The notes under the pieces: generated by a model
Databases searched by the model: none
What the model saw: the letters and a program-made list of their open reading frames with translations, nothing else
Told to the model about the DNA's origin: nothing
Shown here: positions 59,364 to 64,000 of the stretch, in pieces
Layout: every line of letters begins with the position of its first letter
How positions within the stretch are numbered: position 1 is the first letter of the stretch
Position numbers and translations under genes: made by a program
NCBI GenBank assembly: GCA_900549885.1
Contig: URQA01000001.1
Coordinates: forward strand, 19,335 to 83,334
Source of the DNA: an uncultured Eubacteriales bacterium
GTDB taxonomy: Bacteria; Bacillota; Clostridia; Oscillospirales; Oscillospiraceae
Direction of reading: 5' to 3'
Length of the DNA stretch: 64,000 bases

Positions 59364-60548
59364 TTACTTACACAGCTCGTAGATGCCGCAGGCACCCATA
59401 CCGCCGCCGATGCACATGGTAACCATGCCATAGGTACCGGCAGTCTCGGGATCCTGGAGGTAATCCAGCACCTTGCAGGTGAGGAACGCGCCAGTGGCGC
59501 CCATGGGGTGACCCAGAGCCATAGCGCCTCCGTAGGGATTGACCTTGTCATAGGGGATGCCGCCGGGAGTGGTGCGGATGCAGGCCAGAGCCTGGGAGGC
59601 GAAGGCCTCGTTGAGTTCGATAATGTCCATCTGGTCGATGGTCATGTGGGCGTGCTCCAAAGCTTTGGGAATGGCGTAGCGGGGACCCATGCCCATCTCG
59701 GTGGCATCGCAGCCAGCCACCTGGAACTCAATGAGCTTGGCGATGGGCTTGATGCCCAGTTCCTTGGCATAATCAGAATCCATCAGGATGACATAAGAGG
59801 CGGCGTCGGTGGTCTGGGAGGAAGTCGCTGCGGTGACCTTGCCATTCTCACGGAAGCAGGGCTTCATGCCGGCCATCTTCTCCAGAGAGGTCTTGAGGTT
59901 GCCCTCAGCATCGGCCAGGATACCGTCGTCCTCGCTGATCACAGTGCCGTCTTCCTTCACATAGGGGATGATGGAGGGGGCCAGCTTGCCGGCCTTGCGG
60001 GCAGCAGCGGCCTTGGTGTGGGACTCCAGAGCCATCTGCTCCATATCCTCACGGGAGATGTTGTAGTGGTCGGCCACGCGCTCGGCAGTCTCGCCCATGG
60101 TCATGTAGCCGCCGATGTAGTTCTTTACGATCCACTTGTTGCCGTAGGCGTCCACATCAAAGGGGCCAAAGCACTTGGTCATGCACTCCACACCGCCGCC
60201 AATGCCGATCTTATACTGGCCGACAGAAATGGCGTTGGCCACAGTGGAGATGGCCTGCAGGCCGGAGGAGCAGAAACGGTTGATGGTCTGAGCGGGGACA
60301 GCGTCGGGCAGCTGGGCGCGGTTGACAATCAGACGGCTGGCATTCAGGTTCAGCTCATTGATGGCCATGGCGCAGCCGGTGACGACATCGCCGATCTCCT
60401 CGGGGTGCTGCTCAATGTAGGGCACCTTGGCGATCACGCCCTTCAGACAGGCAGCGGCGTAGTCAATGGGGTTGACATCGGCCAGGCCGCCCTTACGGGC
60501 ACGGCAGCAGGGTGTACGGCCATAGGCCACAACAACAGGATAGCTCAT
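59364..60548 (-). CDS. Thiolase (acetyl-CoA C-acyltransferase)
   Basis: INRFCSSGLQ, NEAFA, GHPMGATG, MCIGGGMG. Confidence 0.95.
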   Translation of the reverse strand: MSYPVVVAYGRTPCCRARKGGLADVNPIDYAAACLKGVIAKVPYIEQHPEEIGDVVTGCAMAINELNLNASRLIVNRAQLPDAVPAQTINRFCSSGLQAISTVANAISVGQYKIGIGGGVECMTKCFGPFDVDAYGNKWIVKNYIGGYMTMGETAERVADHYNISREDMEQMALESHTKAAAARKAGKLAPSIIPYVKEDGTVISEDDGILADAEGNLKTSLEKMAGMKPCFRENGKVTAATSSQTTDAASYVILMDSDYAKELGIKPIAKLIEFQVAGCDATEMGMGPRYAIPKALEHAHMTIDQMDIIELNEAFASQALACIRTTPGGIPYDKVNPYGGAMALGHPMGATGAFLTCKVLDYLQDPETAGTYGMVTMCIGGGMGACGIYELCK

Positions 60549-60697
60549 GATGTATACCTCCAAAAATTTTTGTCAGCATAGGTCCACAATTCAACTAGGA
60601 TAAATATAACACAGATCACGGCAAAATGCACCAAGAAAATTCGCTTAATATTTGCCAGCTAACATCGGGACAAGTTTATCAGAAATGACGAATTTTT

Positions 60698-61426
60698 TCA
60701 ATCCTGATCCCAATTGTGGTAGACATTTTGGATGTCGTCGTTGTCTTCCATCATATCAATCAGTTTCTCCATATTCTGGATGTCCTTCTCATCAGTCAGC
60801 TTGACGTAGTTTTGGGGCACCATCTCTACCTTGGCGGATAGGAAAGCATACCCTTTTTCCTCCATGGATGAGAGCACGCCAGCAAAGGCATCCGGGTCGG
60901 TATAGACAGTAAAGCACTCTTCCTCTGGCTCGAAATCAGCCGCGCCGCAGTCCAGCGCGTCCATCATCACCGTGTCCTCGTCCAGATCCTCCCGTTCAAT
61001 GACCAGCACGCCCTTCTGATCGAAAGACCAAGATACGCAGCCAGTGGCACCCAAATTACCGCCGAACTTGTCAAAATAGTGCCGGACCTCGGAGGCGGTG
61101 CGGTTTCGGTTGTCCGTGAGGGCTTCGACAATGACGGCCACGCCGGAGGGACCGTACCCCTCGTAGGTGATGGCCTCATAGTCGTTGGAGTTCCCGGAGC
61201 CAAGGGCCTTTTCAATGGTCCGCTTGATATTGTCGTTGGGCATATTGGCCGCCCGAGCCTTGGCGATGACGGTGGCCAGGCGGGAGTTGTTGTTGGGGTC
61301 GCCGCTGCCGCCGGTCTTGACCGCCACGATAATCTCCCGGGCGATCTTGGTAAAGGTCTGTGAACGCTTGGCATCCGCCGCGCCCTTTGTTTTTTGGATA
61401 TTATGCCACTTGGAGTGTCCGGACAT
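60698..61426 (-). CDS. YebC/PmpR family protein
   Basis: MSGHSKWHNI, YEGYGP.G, TDNRNRT, DDIQNVYHN. Confidence 0.97.
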   Translation of the reverse strand: MSGHSKWHNIQKTKGAADAKRSQTFTKIAREIIVAVKTGGSGDPNNNSRLATVIAKARAANMPNDNIKRTIEKALGSGNSNDYEAITYEGYGPSGVAVIVEALTDNRNRTASEVRHYFDKFGGNLGATGCVSWSFDQKGVLVIEREDLDEDTVMMDALDCGAADFEPEEECFTVYTDPDAFAGVLSSMEEKGYAFLSAKVEMVPQNYVKLTDEKDIQNMEKLIDMMEDNDDIQNVYHNWDQD

Positions 61427-61481
61427 AGTTTGTATCGTTCCCTTCGTATGACGTTAAACGCCTGTTTTCAGGCCAAAATTG

Positions 61482-61517
61482 CGGTGATATTATATCACCG
61501 TTCCCCGGTCTTGGCAA
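61482..61517 (-). promoter_or_regulatory. SigA promoter of yebC with a perfect palindrome over the -10
   Basis: TTGCCA-17-TATAAT; CGGTGATAT-T-ATATCACCG. Confidence 0.7.
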
Positions 61518-61522
61518 GTCCC

Positions 61523-61945
61523 TTAGAACTGGGCGCAAGAGATATCGTCTCCCTGCTCCAGCGCCGCCTTCAGATCCGCTACAAAGCGGGTCTGCTGCTT
61601 TCTCAGATATGCCTTGATCAATGGCCGGAGCCAGAATTTTTTTACCATCATCTCTTCGATAAACTCAATGGCCGTCCCATGGTCCTCTGGAGTAAAGATA
61701 CCGATCCAGTGGCCTTTCATATTGTTGTTTTCTATATCAAATTCCCAGCGGTGATAAGGCTCTGAGCGGGTAACCGTAAAAGCTGTTGCAGTGCCGTCTG
61801 TTCCATACTCGATGAACCGCGTCCCATCCAGGACCTCTACCCGGCTCAAATCGCTGCGCCAGGAATATCCTTCCGCATCAGTGACCATCTGCCAGACCTT
61901 TTGAACATCCCATGGCAGCGTGGTCTTGAGCTGGCTTTTTGCCAT
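61523..61945 (-). CDS. SRPBCC/polyketide cyclase-like protein
   Basis: VW..VT....YSWRSDL, F.EY..DG, N.NM.GHW.G.F, QQ..F..DL. Confidence 0.8.
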   Translation of the reverse strand: MAKSQLKTTLPWDVQKVWQMVTDAEGYSWRSDLSRVEVLDGTRFIEYGTDGTATAFTVTRSEPYHRWEFDIENNNMKGHWIGIFTPEDHGTAIEFIEEMMVKKFWLRPLIKAYLRKQQTRFVADLKAALEQGDDISCAQF

Positions 61946-61971
61946 CTTCCCCACCTCCGATTCTTCTCCTG

Positions 61972-62763
61972 TCAAAGATAGGAAAACACTTCGTGGTGAA
62001 CCCTAGAGATGGCCACCTCCACATCGGAAAATTGGGAATCCAGCCAATCCCGCAGCACGGGGCACACCACATTCTCCGTGGGGAAGTGCCCTGCGTCGAT
62101 AAGATTCAGGCCCAGGGCCTTAGCATCCAAAAACCCGTCATATTTCACATCTGCGGTCACAAAGGTATCACAGCCCAGGGCCAGGGCGTCCCCCATCATA
62201 TCCGAACAGGAACCGCCCCCCACCGCCACCTTGCGCACCGGCCTTCCGCCGTCCACCAGGCGTACGCCGTTGGCACCAAGCTCCTTCTTGACAAAACGGG
62301 CAAAATCCTTCAGGGGCTGTTCCTCCACCCTTCCCACCCGGCCGATGCCATAGGGTCTGCCCCGCCCGTCCACGCCGTCCTGCTTGAGCTGGGCGATGTC
62401 CGACAGCCCCAGGCGACGGGCCAAAGCGTCATTGACTCCATCCGCCACCGTGTCAAGATTGGTGTGGGCGCAAATGGCGGCAATATGGTTTTCCGCCAGA
62501 GCCAGCAGCTTGCGCCCGGTAGGAGTCTGGTCGGTGACCGACTTGGCGCCGCCCCAGATCACCGGATGGTGGGAGACGATGAGCTGGGCTTTCCGCTCCA
62601 CAGCCTCCTGGATAACAGGCTCTGTGATGTCCAGGGAAACCAGAATGCGACTAACGGCAGCGTCCCTCCTCCCCACCAGAAAACCCGCGTTGTCAAAGCC
62701 CAGCTGAAGCTCAAAGGGGGCCTTTTCCTGCAAAAAATCATAGACAGTCTGCACATTGGTCAT
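61972..62763 (-). CDS. Nif3-like dinuclear metal center protein
   Basis: DNAG, SHHP, HTNLD, DAGHF.TE. Confidence 0.95.
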   Translation of the reverse strand: MTNVQTVYDFLQEKAPFELQLGFDNAGFLVGRRDAAVSRILVSLDITEPVIQEAVERKAQLIVSHHPVIWGGAKSVTDQTPTGRKLLALAENHIAAICAHTNLDTVADGVNDALARRLGLSDIAQLKQDGVDGRGRPYGIGRVGRVEEQPLKDFARFVKKELGANGVRLVDGGRPVRKVAVGGGSCSDMMGDALALGCDTFVTADVKYDGFLDAKALGLNLIDAGHFPTENVVCPVLRDWLDSQFSDVEVAISRVHHEVFSYL

Positions 62764-62766
62764 CTG

Positions 62767-63447
62767 TTACAGCTCCTTTCTCATTGCCTGTATGTCTGTG
62801 AGCACCTGGGCCAGCGCCGCAATTTGCTCCTCGTTCTGCCGGCTGGAGGCGCGCTGCCCTTCCAGCGCCCGGTTTACCTTAACCGCTATCATATCCAAGT
62901 AGGCTCCCCGCAGGAGATCATCAGACTGCCGGCCTGCCCAAAGCTCCCCCGGAGACAAGGCTGGCATCTGTCCACCCTCCGTCTCCCAAATAGTGTAAAG
63001 GCGTTTCCCCTCTCGGACGATATGTTCCCTCAGAATACAGTAACCATTCTTTTGCAGCCACTCCCGCAGGTCGGGAAACGAGGTCATGGGCTGGAGCAGC
63101 AGACGGGTCCCCTCCCTGGTCCATGGGGCAGCGGACAGAATGGCGGCGATGGTCTCGCCCCCCATGCCAGCAATAGCCACGGTATCTGCCTCTTCCCTGC
63201 CCACGCCGGACAGCCCGTCGCATAGGCGGAAGGAGATCCGGCCCTCCACACCGTAGCGGGCGGCCGTCTCCCGCGCTCTGGAAAGCGGCCCTTCCCGCAG
63301 ATCGGCGGCGATGGCATACTCTATCCTGTCGTCCAGCAGCAGCCGCACCGGAAGATAGGCATGGTCCGTTCCTACGTCGGCCAAGTGAGCCGCCTGGTGC
63401 ACCAAACGGGCTACCGCGGCCAGTCTCGGGGTCAATGTCAGTTCCAT
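62767..63447 (-). CDS. trmK: tRNA (adenine22-N1)-methyltransferase
   Basis: ADVGTDHAYLP, GPL..A, DGL, IAGMGG.TI, LQPM; adjacent to nif3. Confidence 0.92.
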   Translation of the reverse strand: MELTLTPRLAAVARLVHQAAHLADVGTDHAYLPVRLLLDDRIEYAIAADLREGPLSRARETAARYGVEGRISFRLCDGLSGVGREEADTVAIAGMGGETIAAILSAAPWTREGTRLLLQPMTSFPDLREWLQKNGYCILREHIVREGKRLYTIWETEGGQMPALSPGELWAGRQSDDLLRGAYLDMIAVKVNRALEGQRASSRQNEEQIAALAQVLTDIQAMRKEL

Positions 63448-63464
63448 ATGTGCCTCCAAAAAGG

Positions 63465-63491
63465 AAAAGAGCGGCACAGGCCGCTCTTTTC
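63465..63491 (-). terminator. Intrinsic terminator after the DUF1858 gene
   Basis: GAAAAGAGCGG/CCGCTCTTTTC with a T run on the minus strand. Confidence 0.75.
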
Positions 63492-63505
63492 AAATCTTCA
63501 TAGGA

Positions 63506-63703
63506 TCAGCCAATGCTGGCGTTGAGCTTTTCCAGCAGCGCGTCCACATCCACACCGTGAACCATGCAGGCCTGCTCCACCGTCTCCCCGCGGGAAGAGG
63601 GGCAGCCCAAGCAGTGCATACCAATGGACAGGAAGATGGGCGCAGTGTTAGGCGCAATGTCCAGAATGTCGCCGATCACGGTATCCTTGGTGATCTGAGC
63701 CAT
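63506..63703 (-). CDS. DUF1858 domain protein
   Basis: ITKD..IG, GMHCLGCPSS.GET.EQA..VHG.D. Confidence 0.92.
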   Translation of the reverse strand: MAQITKDTVIGDILDIAPNTAPIFLSIGMHCLGCPSSRGETVEQACMVHGVDVDALLEKLNASIG

Positions 63704-63743
63704 GGGATATGACCTCCTTGCAGTTTTTGTCGAACACACCTAT

Positions 63744-63772
63744 AGTATACCCAATCCTGATTGAGATTGCAA
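63744..63772 (-). promoter_or_regulatory. SigA promoter of the DUF1858 gene
   Basis: TTGCAA-17-TATACT. Confidence 0.7.
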
Positions 63773-63809
63773 GGGGGAACGCAAAAATTCCTAGTTATTT
63801 TGTATTCTA

Positions 63810-64000
63810 TCAGGCATCCTGCAAAAATTGCTCCAGGCGATCCAGCCCTTTCTTAATGTTGTCCATGGACGTGGCATAGGACCAGCGCACATAGTTAGGT
63901 GCTCCAAATCCAGTGCAGGGCACAGTTGCGACCAAGCCATGCTTGAGGAAGGCGGCGGAGAAATCGTCGGAATCCCGAATCACCTCTCCGTGGATGGTCT
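63810..64000 (-). CDS. PLP-dependent class I aminotransferase, C-terminal fragment
   Basis: Hand translation ...GLVATVPCTGFGAPNYVRWSYATSMDNIKKGLDRLEQFLQDA*. Confidence 0.85.
   Translation of the reverse strand, partial: TIHGEVIRDSDDFSAAFLKHGLVATVPCTGFGAPNYVRWSYATSMDNIKKGLDRLEQFLQDA

Noticed and set aside
59508..60581. 357-aa ORF antisense to the thiolase gene
   Set aside because: Shadow ORF caused by strong codon bias of the real gene
61939..63225. 428-aa plus-strand ORF
   Set aside because: Antisense shadow of nif3 and trmK; no motifs

Overview
Core-chromosome segment of a spore-forming clostridial Firmicute (inferred Oscillospiraceae-like). No CRISPR array, tRNA, rRNA, IS or prophage was recognised. 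In order it carries: partial his operon; spoIIIAA-AH; nusB/xseAB/ispA/dxs/tlyA/nadK/argR/recN; Tyr T-box-eamA-tyrS; asd-dapA-dapB; spoIID-like/queA/tgt/yajC; SCIFF ranthipeptide locus; spoIIM-xerD-ruvCAB; glmM; sigH-like; purB; pfkA; fused cotJAB with cotJC; cwlD; frameshifted radA; a second tyrosine recombinase; fba-PPi-PFK; then minus-strand ligA, yunB, three M42 peptidases, murD, thiolase, yebC, nif3 and trmK, with RNase P RNA on the plus strand. Gene orientation and, judged by eye, G/C skew flip at about 46-50 kb, suggesting the replication terminus. The most interesting signal is a candidate non-canonical Xer/dif system. (1) An XerS-like recombinase (45881-46921) has a perfect palindromic 11-6-11 site and a LexA-like box just upstream. 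(2) A second copy of that site, with a different 6-bp centre, lies at 22265. (3) A perfect Bacillus-type XerD arm (32051) lies upstream of an XerD whose catalytic-Lys loop looks degenerate. All calls come from reading motifs by eye; no searches were run.
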